Of a stretch of 64,000 bases of DNA, positions 37,028 through 50,199 are shown in pieces; the stretch's first letter is position 1; every line of letters begins with the position of its first letter. The stretch lies in contig OZ296652.1 in the NCBI GenBank assembly GCA_965655095.1, positions 72,044,001-72,108,000 of the forward strand. Direction: 5' to 3'. Made by a program: the position numbers and the translations under genes. A model generated the notes under the pieces. That model saw only the letters and a program-made list of their open reading frames with translations. It did not search any database and had not been told where the DNA came from. Source of the DNA: Haplodiscus bocki. Lineage: Eukaryota.

Positions 37028-38220
37028 GTGGCTGAGTATTTTTCCTGCTTACGCATGAGGTTGTTGGAGTCCAAATCAAATTGAAAGAAGATGTTCATTT
37101 TAAGGTTTAGTTTTCAGTTGCATTTTTAGCCTTTCACTGAACAATCAATTTCCTCTGTCTTAAAACGCTGTCAAGCTATCCTTCGCCTCAACTGTCATTG
37201 CAGCGGCAAGCGGCAAATTGTTTTTTTTACTTCGAATTCTGCATTTTTGGATTTAGAGTCTGAGTAGCTGAGTCTTTATTGACATACATTTCGTAAATAT
37301 CTTTGAAAATACTCCATATCGCAATTTTCGTTACAGGGCATCGAACAGAGCCCGGGTTGTTTGTTTATCACATGAGCCACCCTGCATTTTCAATTGTACT
37401 CTGGCGGCGATTTTCTTTTTAGTTTTCGGACAAAGTTTCCAAACAAAAAGGCATTGAGTAGATTCATTGAGTATCTCCATAGTAACTGTTAACATTTTAA
37501 AATGGTCATTCTCACCCATGCTACTTTTAATGCGTAGCCAGCGACCATTTTTGAAATGTCTAAACAGCAAAGTACAAGCAATGTCTAAGTTATGGGTCTG
37601 AGTTTCGTGTATAGTTCCTAAATGTGTTAGAAATTGGCATACTTTTACTGGGCACTTATTTTAGTAAAGAGGTCAACCATTGTGGTGACTTTCTTTTCGT
37701 AAGATGACAGAACTCACATCGAATCAATCAAGTTTTATCAGAGTTGACCAAATTGGTCAAAGTGACCTTCTTGATGATACGAATTTTACAAGAGCCTTCA
37801 ATTTGTCCGAAAATAACAAAGAAATAAAGTTCCGTTTTGACGATACTGGTAATTGTTTCATTTTATATGGCCCAAAGGCAGGGACAAAAAAGTTCTGAAG
37901 CTACTGGTCGCGGGTTCGAACTCCAGTACAGGCTACACTTTTTTAAAATTATATACCGGAAACTGCACAAAATCTACCTTTTTTCGAAAAAAAATCAAAT
38001 TCGGTCTATATTCTTTTGGTGATACCCCCTAATGTAATCTAACAAATCGACAAATAGAGGGTTCCTATCCCAACAAAAGCTATTAAGCTACAATTTTTTT
38101 AAAGTCTACACGAAACACAACACCAAAGTACTTGTTTTTCTAACATCAAAGTTACTTCTTTCTTATCAGTAATTAGAGCCAAACGCGTGGCATCAGCTTC
38201 AGCCACTGCTGGTTTATTTC

Positions 38221-39850
38221 TGTCGCAGCACATCTGCGAAGCGTGAGAGCAACCATTACCTGGAGAAAAAACATCCCAAACTCAGAGTAAGACTGCAACT
38301 CCTCGTTTCAATTCAAAACACTTATTTTTGTACATATGTGTTTTTCATGTAAAGTAATTCGCCAATATATGGACCACCATAGTGAACTGATCCAGTCTAG
38401 AATGGAACCGTTATGGAACCAACAGATAATCTCCCAGTAGTCATTAATAAGGTGCTATCTTTATATTGATTTATGTATTTAATTGGTGAAAACCCATTTT
38501 ATTAGCTGTGCTAAAATGCAGTAAGCTCAAATAATCTTACTTTGTCAATGACAATTGAAGTATAATTGTAGCCGAGCAAAAAAGACTCTGGGAGTGAATA
38601 TTTGTTCCGTACGTGTTCCGTCGCTACTAGTGTGGCGACGTCACAGTCAACTCCAGCCAATTTTTACAGTACTAACCCGGTGTGCTGAGATGGCTATTTA
38701 TGGAACTGTTCCGTGTTCACTCTTTTTTTTCGCTTCAAGGCAGCACCGCTTTCAGCAGTGCTACAACCGAATACGGAACCGTTCCCAAACGGCCTGGCTG
38801 AAATAGGGAACGGACTGGAAACACTCATAGTTTGAAGCTAGTTTCTACTCAACCTTCATCAATAATACTGTACCAGCACATATCCTTTCATATGCATAAA
38901 CATGAACTATTCGTAAAAATTTGTTGATAAAAATTAATTTTGTCATTCGAACATAAATTCGATCATTTTTAAAAACTTTTCCAGTTATGGAAAGTTGTCT
39001 GATCTAATGTTTTGTAGATATAAATAATGTCGACGCGCGGGAATAAACACTTCTCTAATGTCCACTTTTGACGGATTCGGCTCGTTCCTCTTCCGTCAAA
39101 AGATGTGAAAGACGCCACCAATGAGGCAGGAAACGGATTAAAAGCGGTTTGTTACCCGCCATAGTCGGAAATTTGCCTTCTTAAATCTTGTGGATAAATT
39201 CCTTTTCCCTACTTTGTACATTGATTTGGCGTGCAGACAGTCATGTTTTCCGCCAAGGTAAAGCTATAAATTGGAGAAATGATAGTATTTAAAATATTGT
39301 TTTCAGCTGTGCCATTTGCAACTAGCCGTATTAGTAGCGTTATTGATTGTCCAATTCACCAACGCTTGAGTTCCCGAAGTTGGACTTAGTAAAAACAAAA
39401 CCAACTTAGTCTTCAACACTGTTTTGCAATTTTCCTTGCATCATGGCAACCTGGAAGACCCAAAAAAAAGTTGACAGTAGTTGCTAGTGAAAATCAATAA
39501 AGATCTCCTAAGAACAGTCTGTCACGATACTCAAACGTTCCTAGAACAAACGACGAGTATATTTTTAGTTTTGGAAGAGATAGAGAGCAGAGAAAAGAAG
39601 AAGTTGTCTCAGGAGTTCAGTAAGACAAAGAGCCGTGTTCTGTTTGCTCTGTCCCAGTTAGACAAAATTCTTCTGAATGCGCAAATCCGGGTACAGTCCG
39701 GAACCGTCCCTTTAACATATCGGAACATGAACGGAGAAAAACAGGAACCAACCGAGGACAGTTCCTCGATTGATCCCAATTCTCAAGCAGGTGGCTCCAT
39801 CCACCGGTCCTCTCAATCCATGGATTCACGCCGAGAAGAAACATCCTACA
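38221..39850 (+). mobile_element. Solo LTR related to the Gypsy at 891-11570
   Basis: TGTCGCAGCAC...CCTACA with flanks ATTTC/GTTTC. Contains TATAAAT (about 39265) and the gag N-terminus (EEIESREKKKLSQEFSKTKSRVLFALSQLD). Confidence 0.8.
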
Positions 39851-40333
39851 GTTTCTTTGTCATCCAATTATTTCATGAATTTTTTTGAAAAGTGCCCATA
39901 TTCAAATCGTTTTCCACTCAAATTCAATGATTAACGCAAAGCTCTTCAGTGCAGCTTTTTCATTCGAGGGGGAAAAATTTAGAGCCTTTTTTCCAAAAAC
40001 CGAAAGACATTTGACGAAGTTTTTCCTTGAGACATTAAACTAATATTAAAAAGCTGTTTCTGAGAAAATTTTTTGTTGAAACGATGTTTCAGTTTGTTTC
40101 ACTGTACACCACAAACTTCCGTGAAGCCTACCCTTGAAGCCGTGCATGGTTACACTACCTATATTGGCGTGCCCATAAATACTTAAATAGTTATGACGAA
40201 CACTTTTCTGGAGCCAAAAGTTTACGAAATAAAATTTGAAAAAGGTTGAGTTTTGAAACTATTCTCTTCGTTGAAATGGTTTTCTCAATTAACCCCAGTT
40301 TTTATCAGAAAATTCAAAATTCATGTCTCTCAC

Positions 40334-41921
40334 TGTCGTGGCCATCTTCCGGGCCAGAGTTGTGTGTCGTCTGGTTGTGGAAGATGCCTGCCTTTTGATG
40401 ATGATCACTGTGGGAGTCGTCCTCATTTTTTTGCTGGTTTCTGCCATATGCGTTCCGGGACGTCTCCGGAGTAGTTCCGGAGTTGCCTTGAATAAGCAGG
40501 TTCATGAGAAAGTCGTCAAGACGTGATATCGCGCCCAATATGCCGTTTTCTGTTACCCTTGAACCAACTTTTTTGTGATCCTTCCCTCATTTCCTCAAAA
40601 TTTTGAGTTAAATTGTCTTCCTTTGACCTGGGAACACTCGAGTTTTCTTCCACTTTAATCCTAGGATGTTCCTCAAAGTTTTTTTTATTTAACGCGGCCA
40701 ATTTCGGCTTGTTTCTAAGAGTTTTTATTTTCCACGGGAAAAGTGATTATCGGTCGTTAATGATTGATTGTTTTACTGAAGAGAAATCAATTTGTAGTTT
40801 TACAGTTTTTTTTTTACAAAAGAAGTAATGATACTGGATATTATCGCCAGTACTACAGAGTGATAATAAAGGATTCTCCATCTGTGTTTTCCTTTCTCCT
40901 ATTCATACCTTTTCTTTGGCGGGAAGAATAATTGTTTACACGCCAAGTCAAGGTGCAAATAGTGGAGAGTGCTTTAGAAATTACAACATCAAAGTCAAAA
41001 CGCCAACTCTGGTGGGAAATAAACAACTTTTCATTCATCTCTTCCCTCATAGGACGCGTCCTTTCCATCTTTCGACAGAAAATGGACGGACCTAATGAGT
41101 CAGAGGTGGACATCAAAGTGCTTATTACCGCGCCGACATATTGTTTACCGTTTGAAAAATTGTATAATGCATAGATGGAAAATACTGAGATTTTCCTTAA
41201 TTAATGGAAAAATTAAATACAGAATGTATGACTTTTGTACAAAAATACATTTAATCATCATCTTCTTGCTTATTTCGTCATCAATTATTTCTTTGCGTCT
41301 TCTTTTCTTTTAGAAATGAGGAGAAACTAGTAGCACTACTAGTTTAATCCTCGTTCCAACGAGTAGCTACTAGTGGTGTACGGAACAGCACGGTATAGTT
41401 GGAATAGTATTAATGACGTCACCAGACTAGTAACGACGTAACACGTACGGAACAAATATTCACTCCGAAAGTCAATTTTATGGCAAGCAAGTCACCCTAC
41501 TTCTAGTACTAATTTTAATTAAAGAACCCCTGTAAATTGCACTTACTGCAATCAATCAACATATTTGTACCGAAAAGGTTGATTTATATTTAATAACTAA
41601 ATAATTAGAATAATTTTAAAAAAGCACTTTTTAGGTTAATAATGGTCTATGACTACTTGTTTGTTCCGTAACGGTTCCGTTCCAAACTGGATCAGTTTAG
41701 TGGTCTGTTCCGTATAGAATACGTATAATTCTTTTTTTATACGTTTGTGATGGATACATATTCGATATGTATCCGTATATATGCAGAATAGTTAAATATA
41801 GTGTAAGAGTAAATAGTTTAGAGTTCGATTAATAGTGTTAGTGTTTGAGTTTTTCCTGAGCATTAGGGTGTCTTTCATACTGGTAGGGCATGGCCGCATG
41901 CTTCGCAGGTGTGCTGCGACA
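40334..41921 (-). mobile_element. Solo LTR, same family, opposite orientation
   Basis: TGTCGCAGCAC...CACGACA with flanks CTCAC/GTCAC. Gag N-terminal fragments at 40314-40701. Confidence 0.8.
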
Positions 41922-43289
41922 GTCACGACTCTAACTGCTTCAGTTCATATCTTCCAACCGCAATATTCATACATGATTTCAAGTTGACGCATTCTGCGAT
42001 GCAAAAACTTTATGTTTTGGTGGAAAAATCCTACGAGTTTTCACAGATTTAAAGTCGAAAATATTCAAATTCTGAGAAACCACAAAACTGCGTGCAAGTA
42101 ATCAAAATGAGAAATGTTTAAAAAAGCGGTTAATTGATCACGCGTAGGTCACGTTTGTTTATTCCCGGAATCTTATTTTTTCTTTTAAGTGACGTCGATA
42201 TTGTACACACTGTTGGCTATTCTATTTTTTCTAACCAATCCTAGTGTGTACCGTTACTGGTGCGTGGCTAAAAACCCTACAGATTTGAATTAGGCTAGCG
42301 TCAAGCTAGCGTCAGACCTAAATTCTGTTCAATTACATGCAACAATAAATAATTTGAATTAACCTATTAACGTAAATGCAGAATGATAGTCAAACCATGC
42401 TGTTATTCATTTCCCTCGGTAAAAAATTTTCAAGTTAGTAGTTTCATTTTATTTCACCTTTCAATTTCTTGGGGGCTCATTATTTCGTTGCCGTTTTCAA
42501 GCGTCACTGAACTATTGCGTTGCCTGAAAAAACCTTTAACCTTCTAAACTTTTTGGCCACGTTCAGCTCGATTTAGGAAGGTTTGAAGCCCGTCTAGTTT
42601 ACGTCGCTAAAGCAAAGACTGTAATCCTGAGTATAAATGCAGTTAAGGAGGGAAGATAAATCTTCCTCGCCATCAAACCTGTACCTACGTAGACCGAGAA
42701 GTGTACAACCGCAGGACTAAAAGTTTCCGGTTTTAAAAACAGTTGAAACTTGTAAATTACCTGGTAAAAATTCCCAATGTCAACCACTGAAATTGAACTG
42801 TTCTGCCTACTTTCATATTTGTGTTCAACTAAAAGAGTTTCTCTAAGAGCCCAAGTAAAAAACAACAACGGCTTAGGTGATCGAAAATGTAGAAAAAAAT
42901 CAGAGCAAATCAACTCTCAAACCTGCATGCATAAATCTAATATCGAAGCTGACGAAACTGAGACAACCAAAACAGTTAAAGAAATAACTTCGCTGAGAGT
43001 CAATGACTATTTACTCAATTCAGAAAACAAAGTCGGTGATCTAAAGAAGCTAATCTTTTCTCCTTCGAACATGTGCCCAAATCAAAATTCTCTGGAAGGG
43101 GAGAGCACCGATGAAGAAAAATTGAAGCAGGTCTAACAGTACAATCTACTTTGGAATGGAGATCTGTGATATCCGTAAAAAGTTCCGTTAACACTACCTC
43201 AAAAACATTGATACCACATTGTAGCCCGATAGGTTACAGTAGCTCGAATGTTTATTTCCATTTTAATCGATTTACTATTCTACATTCCT

Positions 43290-46280
43290 AGAGGTTGAAA
43301 GAATGCAACTTACTGTCAATGTTCCGTTGCTTCAAGACTTCAGGTGATCAAAAGACTTTGTTGTCGCTATTTATTCACTCTGAATTCTGATAATTACGAA
43401 AAAAGGGATGATCATGTTGAGACATAACAAAATATAATATTCTCCGTCGGAAAAAAATTGAGAGGAAAAAAATTTAATCAGTAGTGGGATTTTTTTCTTT
43501 TCCTGAAACTTCCCATGAGGCGCAGACTTATGCGCGCGCATTATGCAGAACCGTTAGTGCCTTGATTATTACATATGAATGGACGTCACCGCGGTTAAGA
43601 ATCCAAAGGTGGTGAATTCGAGTTCCGTTGCTGGCCCAATTTTATACTTATTTTCAGCTATTCGTTAACGCATTCTTCTTTTTCAATACCAAATAACAGA
43701 GTTTCATTGACAAAAATTAGGTTTTCTGATGAGTGGACTCTATTTTCCTTGAAATTTATCCTCATTCCGACGTAAATGAAGCAAATCGGCAATTCTTGAC
43801 TTTTTCAAAACGTTAGAAAAATTACTTCGATTTTCAAAAAAAAACAGGAAGAAGTTCAAAGCTCTCAAATTCGTTAAAAAAAAAGAATTAAAGACAAAAA
43901 AAAACAAAAAACTTGATATTTTTTAGTTTTTCGGGTGTCAGTTCTTTTTCGCTACCCTAGAGTCTCCAAGTTTTTAAAAAAAAACTTCGAAAATACTTCT
44001 ACTGGAACATGTTGTTCTGTGATTGTCAGATTGAGGTAGTACCAAAAAACGCAAATATTATTACCTTTGCTTCATGTTGCATTTTCCTATTCTAAAAGAA
44101 AACAAAGCTCAATTCTTTCGTTTTGGTCTCAATCAGGAACCCTGAAGAAATACCAGAAATTTCCATTGGAAAATTGGTGGTTTTGTGCTTTGCGTCAGAC
44201 TCCTGTTAGTCCAATATTTCCGGAATGTGCTACCATTATTGATACAACTCGAATTTCAAACTATTTTTTTCTCAGCAACTACTGGTTTTGATTTCCTTCA
44301 TCAGCGCCTGAATCAAAAATTTCACAATTGTAGAGGAATTTTTGATTAAAAAACATGTCCGTTTCCTGATCCTCCAAAATTTCCAAAAAGGAAGTCTATC
44401 AGTTTTGATTTATCTTCATTTTCAAACTCAATTTTCTAGCAGACGCAGGTTTGCTTTGATCCATCAAGGCCTCAATCCAATGTCTGGCCCTTATAAGGGG
44501 GCATCCGAACAAATAGTCATTGGCTTTGATCCTCGTATCAGAATCACATGAATCTGAGAGATCAAAAAGTGCTACTAATAACAATTGTATCGAAACTCGA
44601 TTTCATGTTATTCCAGTCTTACAGGTTTAATAACTGTCATCAAGATGTCACCGGAAAGTTTGAACTTTTTCAAGAGCATTTGATGGGAAAATCATTGATA
44701 TTTATCCTCGTTATAAAATCCTCATAGTCCGAATTTTCGATAATAGATAATAAGATTGATTTATATCGACATTTATACTCATTTTGCTGGCTAACTACCG
44801 GTTTGACTTCTTTCATCAAGGTCTCGTTCAAAAAATTTTCAACTGGAGAATAGTATTTGTTTCATTCAAGAAACACTTCTTTGAATTCGTTCTTTGCATC
44901 AAAATTTCGATAGTCTCAAAAACTGAAATGTAATCTTATTATAATTATTGTTGACTCATCCCAATTTTCGAAATCATGCTTCTTCGTAACTACAGGGTAG
45001 ATTTCTTCCATCGAGGTCTCAGTCGAACGAATCTTACTTGTGCTGGAGGACTCCATTGAAAAATGATTTTTTGTGTCCCTTGATTGAGAATTCCGATTTC
45101 CGAAAAGTCCAACATGAACCGTTAGTTTTTATTCTTCACGAGATAGAAATTCTTTTTTCTCCGTACTTACCTGCATAATTTCTTTCATAATGATCTCAAT
45201 GGACAGATCTTCAGCTTCAGAGGTTTTTTTGACAAAAATTGATTTCGTTACTTGCGGTGGCTTTTGATAATTCGAAAAGGCCAACGAAGTGCTACTTGAT
45301 TTGACGCGTTTTTTTTTCGATTTTCCAACCCATAATTCTGCATAACCGCTGACTTAATGTCTCGATTCAAGGCCGCACATAAAAGATTTTTCTCATTGGT
45401 AGACTGTTCGAATAAGACCTTTTCGATTTTGTTCTTTTTGTTGGAATCTTGTTAGGGCCAGAATGCCAAAAAGGTTTTCAATTTTGATAAATCTCTACCT
45501 TCAAATTTATCTTTCCACAATTACGGGCTTGATTTATTCGAAGGTCGAAATCAAAACGCTTTTGGGGAGTAATGGTTTGATAGAACTACCTTTACTGTTC
45601 CTGCATTGGAATCCAGAGTTTTCCGTAACTTGTTCCCGTCTCGATTTTCAGTGCCTTGTTCTCCGAAAAAACTGACTTGAGTTTTTTTATCAAGGTCTCA
45701 ACCTAAATTATCTACCTTTGTTGGAATGAGCGATAAAAAATCATCACAATTCGTCCATGCAGGGGAATCTAGAAAGATCAGCATTGCCAGCTAGTGCTGT
45801 TAGTCTTGACATGCGTGGTCAATCAAATTCATATCTTTTATCCCAACTTGCTTCATTTTTCCGTGAAAACGTCAATTGATAGCTTTTTACTTGAGGCGGA
45901 TTATTCAATTCTGAATATCCAAAATTTTGTCTGCTACGTTTGAATTGGAATCCCGACTCACCAAAATTGGCAAAGCGCTTATAGTTTTGAGATATATCGA
46001 TATTCTAACTTATCGCTCTCAAAAACTACACTTTTGAAATTTCTATCAAGGTCTGAACTGACGGTGATGTTTCTTCAAATGTTATCAGATAGAGAAATCA
46101 GTGATTTTGTCCATTACATTGGAATATTGAGAGGCTGAACCTGCGGAAATGTCCATTTTTTATTCCTATTTCCTCGATCTTTAGACCCATAATTATCTGA
46201 AGCTTTCGGGTTGAATTCTTCAGCGGAGTTCCCTATCCAAATTTTCTTTAACAAAATTGGTTTATTTTTAAATTTGAGTT
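43290..46280 (-). mobile_element. Relic related to the 50.2-54.0 kb element, opposite orientation
   Basis: 43290-43760 is an inverted homolog of 53520-53960 (tcctgaaact...ttagtgcctt...gacgtc..gcggt...ttcga). Coding similarity is very weak. Confidence 0.35.
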
Positions 46281-46555
46281 ATTATATGTTCGCTCAATTG
46301 TCTTGTGGTCCACCTTGACGGAAAAAATCGCAGTTCGACTGCGCCTCTTGTTTAATGTTTGAAGCAACATGTGTCATTGACTTTTCGCCATTATCGAGTG
46401 AGTTGAGTTTCATTGATAGTAAGACATAAACGTAACTAGCGTTGCCAACGGGCATCGAGTAGAAGCTTACTTGAAAAATCACATCGTTCCGGACACTTCG
46501 GCGTCTTATTGTGTAGCTTGTGAGCACTACCTGCAAGAACTTTAAACCTTCAAAA

Positions 46556-47275
46556 GCCGGAACGAGTTCGGGCTGAGAAATAAAGTTTTGTTGGGAGAAA
46601 CAACAAAACTGTTCATTGCTGATCGTCTTAGCTCTGAAGCATTGGATTTTTAGCGCTGATCGTCTTAGCTCTGAAGCATTGGATTTTTAGCGCTAAGCAC
46701 AGCTGATTCAGCGTTAAATCTCTCCAAATCAGCTTTAAATTTACACATTTTGATGAGAGCATCAAAATGTGATAACGTAGTCAGAAATGATGAAAACGCA
46801 TGGAGTAGTCATTGAAATGGCCTCTGAAAATTTAGTTTCGCCAATTTATTACAAAAGATAACAAAAACTCAAAATTTAGGAGACACTTTGAAAAAATCAT
46901 CTATCTAAACTGGAAATTGAAAAAAAAACTCTAAGTTCTGTTACTTTAACAGTACCAAAAAACTCCAAAATTTGAGTTTTCGGTATATCTTTGGGCCGTA
47001 AAAAGATTGAGAAAGTAATATTTTGTCCTTCTTTTTGTAATTTGGGCGGAAAACCAGAATGATATGCCTTGACATTGAGGTACTTTAAAATATTTCGGAA
47101 AAATGAAAAATGAACCGAAAAAGGTCATTCTGAATCCGTCAAAAAATCAGCTCTGTTCAGAGCTGAAGCAGCGGTGTTCAGATATTTTCAGGTAATGAGC
47201 AGTGCTGAATCCGAAGTGAAACATGTTTGAATCAGAGCTGATCAGAGCTGAATGCCTCAGAGATATCAAGCCGGC
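46556..47275. mobile_element. MITE-like element with CAGC(G/T)CTG subterminal repeats and a perfect 37-bp tandem duplication (46618-46691)
   Basis: gccgg...ctgag and ctcag...gccggc ends, with repeated gctga/tcagc motifs at both ends. Confidence 0.5.
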
Positions 47276-47375
47276 ACGCAATCAAAAGTACAACTGATTT
47301 GAATGTCATGATTTAAAAAGCGCTCTAATTTCCGAACCTGGTCTGCACGATGCAAATTTCTATTTCAATTCTTAC

Positions 47376-48009
47376 CAATGAGATGTCTGGAAGCACCATT
47401 TAACTTGCTGTAGTCCTCTTCCATAATTTCATGACAGGTGTTTATGAAGGGTAAACAAACAACTGTAGAAAACGCGATGACAAAAGTTATTATCCCGTTT
47501 GCCTTCTTTTTGGTGAAGTTGCGTTTGAAGTAGTCGTATTTGACAACTGCGAGGTACCTGGAGACGGCGATGGAGAGGATGAGGAGCCAGGATAGAGTGG
47601 GGGTCATTCTCCAGAAGTAGATGGTCACCTGACACGCACACTTGGTGTAGCCCCACTTGGACAGTTGGGCCAAGGTGAAAAGAATGCCGGACAAGTTGCA
47701 CGTCACATCCACTGTAGACAGCGCACATGCAAAGATGTCTTTGGACTGTTTGTTCTTCTTCGTGCAGAACACTGCGGCTGTCGTTCCCGAGAGAAAAGTT
47801 CCAACAACGCGCACTACCAATGACGCAGTGAATAAGTAGTCCTGGAACTCTGCCAGCACAAAAAACTTCTGGTTTGGGTCAATGTTGGTGCCGTTGTCGA
47901 CATTCCCGTTTTCAATTTCAGAATCTATCACTAAAATAGAAACTTCTCCCTCTCTGTTGACTGTAATCATGATCTGTTTGTTTGAGCATTTGTTTGCATT
48001 AACTAGCAT
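47376..48009 (-). CDS. Class A (rhodopsin-like) GPCR, first coding exon (N-term, TM1-TM4)
   Basis: DIFACALSTVD (TM2 LxxxD), C at the top of TM3, ILSIAVSRYLAV (DRY changed to SRY), TM4 ending CLP. Donor ATTG|gtaaga at 47375. Confidence 0.88.
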
Positions 48010-48472
48010 TTGGTGACTTCAATTCGAAAAGCCTCAGACCACGCTGTGACATTCTTTTTGTAAATAACGATATTTTTGCTGTTAAGCCTTTGACCTCGAA
48101 TGAGAACAAACAAGCTCTCTCGGAAGATGCCATCTCAGTTTTCAAAATTGATGGAATGAAAAAAATCCTGAAATGCAATTTAGATTCGGATTAGTTCACT
48201 TTTCAACAAGCAGCGACAGCTCAATGTCGCTGCGGGCCATGAAAATCAGCAAATAATCGAGATTTTCAGCAATGATCGGTTCCTAATCAGGAACAACGTA
48301 GACTTCTGACAGAGACTTATTGTTCTGAGCAATTTTGCACCCTCTATTTTGCGTGCCAACCTCAGTTTTCTCCGAAAAAAACTTATTTCAACCATTTTTT
48401 TTAACGCAAGCCTGTAATTTTTCTTCAATTCGCCCAAATGTATCAATCTTTAAAGTTTTGAGTTTTGTTAAA

Positions 48473-48695
48473 CCCCAGTCGAGAGCACATTGAAGACATT
48501 GATGGGTTAGCGATATCGTCATCGAAAAACAGGCCTGCTTATAGAAGAGACAACGATGCAACATTGATGAAACATTGATGTAGCATCAAAAAGTCATCAA
48601 AGTTTACGATGTTCGATGTAGAATCGATGCTTCATTGATGTTATTATTGACAACTTTATACATGATCAATGTTAATAATGTGTTCTGAATTGGGG
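48473..48695. mobile_element. 223-bp MITE (CCCC...GGGG termini, TAAA flanks; piggyBac-like)
   Basis: TIR ccccagtcgagagcacatt vs aatgtgttctgaattgggg. TAAA on both sides. Internal cattgatg/catcga repeats. Confidence 0.7.
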
Positions 48696-50199
48696 TAAAC
48701 CCAAAAATTTTCGATGAAGTTTTTGTCCAAGTTCAATAACTTCGACCTTGTATTTTTGAAAATAAACTCCAAATTGTTTCTAAATTTGATTGATAATATA
48801 GACCCTTTTCATTTTCAAAGTGCCATTACTCATCACACAACCTTCCAATAAGCCAAGTTTCTCCTAACCCGTGCGAAGAGCTACTACTGTATTGTATATC
48901 AGACTTACAAAGATGTCGAATTTTTTTTGGTGGTAATTATAAATAATTATTCAAAAATTGGACCTGTTTCGACTCTTTATAAAATTTTCTCAAATCCTTC
49001 TTCAGCGATAAGGCTTAATAACATTCACTTAACTGAGTTTCGTTCTTCACATAGGAATTTGCTTACCTTATTGTCAATTTTGCCATGCCCCCATGAAAGA
49101 AATATGAACTACTTATGTATCCTTACAACTACGTCTATGTCAATTTACCTATGAAACCCTCTTTGTACTAAGATCTTAATGTACGCTGAACTCTTCGTAT
49201 GGAGGTAAAAAGCAGTTAAGTCGTATTTCTTTCTCGCACTGTTATGAACACTACTTATATACTACTTAAACCAAGTCTTGTTCAGAATATTAAACGTATA
49301 GGCTAACTACAAAGTACTGCAATGTGAAATTTCAGAAACTAAAAAAGCTGTATTCTGAGCTTAGAGGTGCAGGACACATACTTAGGACAATAAACAAGAC
49401 TGATAATTTTCGCCCGGAACCAAAAAAATCATTGACAATGTCTTTTGTATTGCTCCGACCAACTGCTACATTTCAGTGACGCCTAATTGAGCTCCTCCAA
49501 TTGCACTTCATCGGAAAACATCCCATTAACAATTCTGTGCTAAGTAGGAAACATCATTTCACAATAGTGAGAGTCATAACGAATTGTAACAAGTAGAGTT
49601 ACATAGTAACATCGGTTCATATCATTAGTTGTTTCTACTAGTAAACTTGATGCGGAAAAAGAACGTGCTGATCGTGAACACAAACTATCAATCGGCTTAC
49701 ATCGTCCTACAAAAAACAACAAATTTTTGAAATCAATCGACATGGCTATTAATACCAACATCGATTCACATCCGTTGGATAAGAGGCTAAAAGCTGTAGA
49801 CTTTAAATGTTGCCATGAGTTTACGTAAATCGACATCGGTTCCGGTGCCATAAATGAATATAATAGTAAATTGGTAATTATATTGGACATAAAACAACAT
49901 TAGTTTGCATCCATTAGATGGGTAACGTTACCCTTACTTTCTAAATTTAATTATTCCCCAAAACTAATGAATAACAATAAACGAATATTATTTTTGTTTG
50001 TTTTAGTATAGCAGGTCCAAAAAGCCTGGGAGTTCAGCGTAACTTCAACAGAGGACGCAGTCGCACTGCGACATTTTCCATCAAAGAGTCACAGATGTGA
50101 TTTATTGAACAAACAACAAAAGGATTTTACAAAAAAAAAACATTTTTGACAAACAAAAGTTCTCGATGGAGCCGGTAGCTTTAAAGAAAGGTGAGCTTG

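Noticed and set aside
37900-37935. tRNA gene (GGTTCGAACTCC)
   Set aside because: B-box/T-arm only, with no cloverleaf. The same holds for the motifs near 43615 and 53645.
38221-41921. Single inverted segmental duplication or DIRS-type element
   Set aside because: Each half has TG...CA ends and its own 5-bp TSD, so these are two independent solo LTRs. No tyrosine recombinase was seen.
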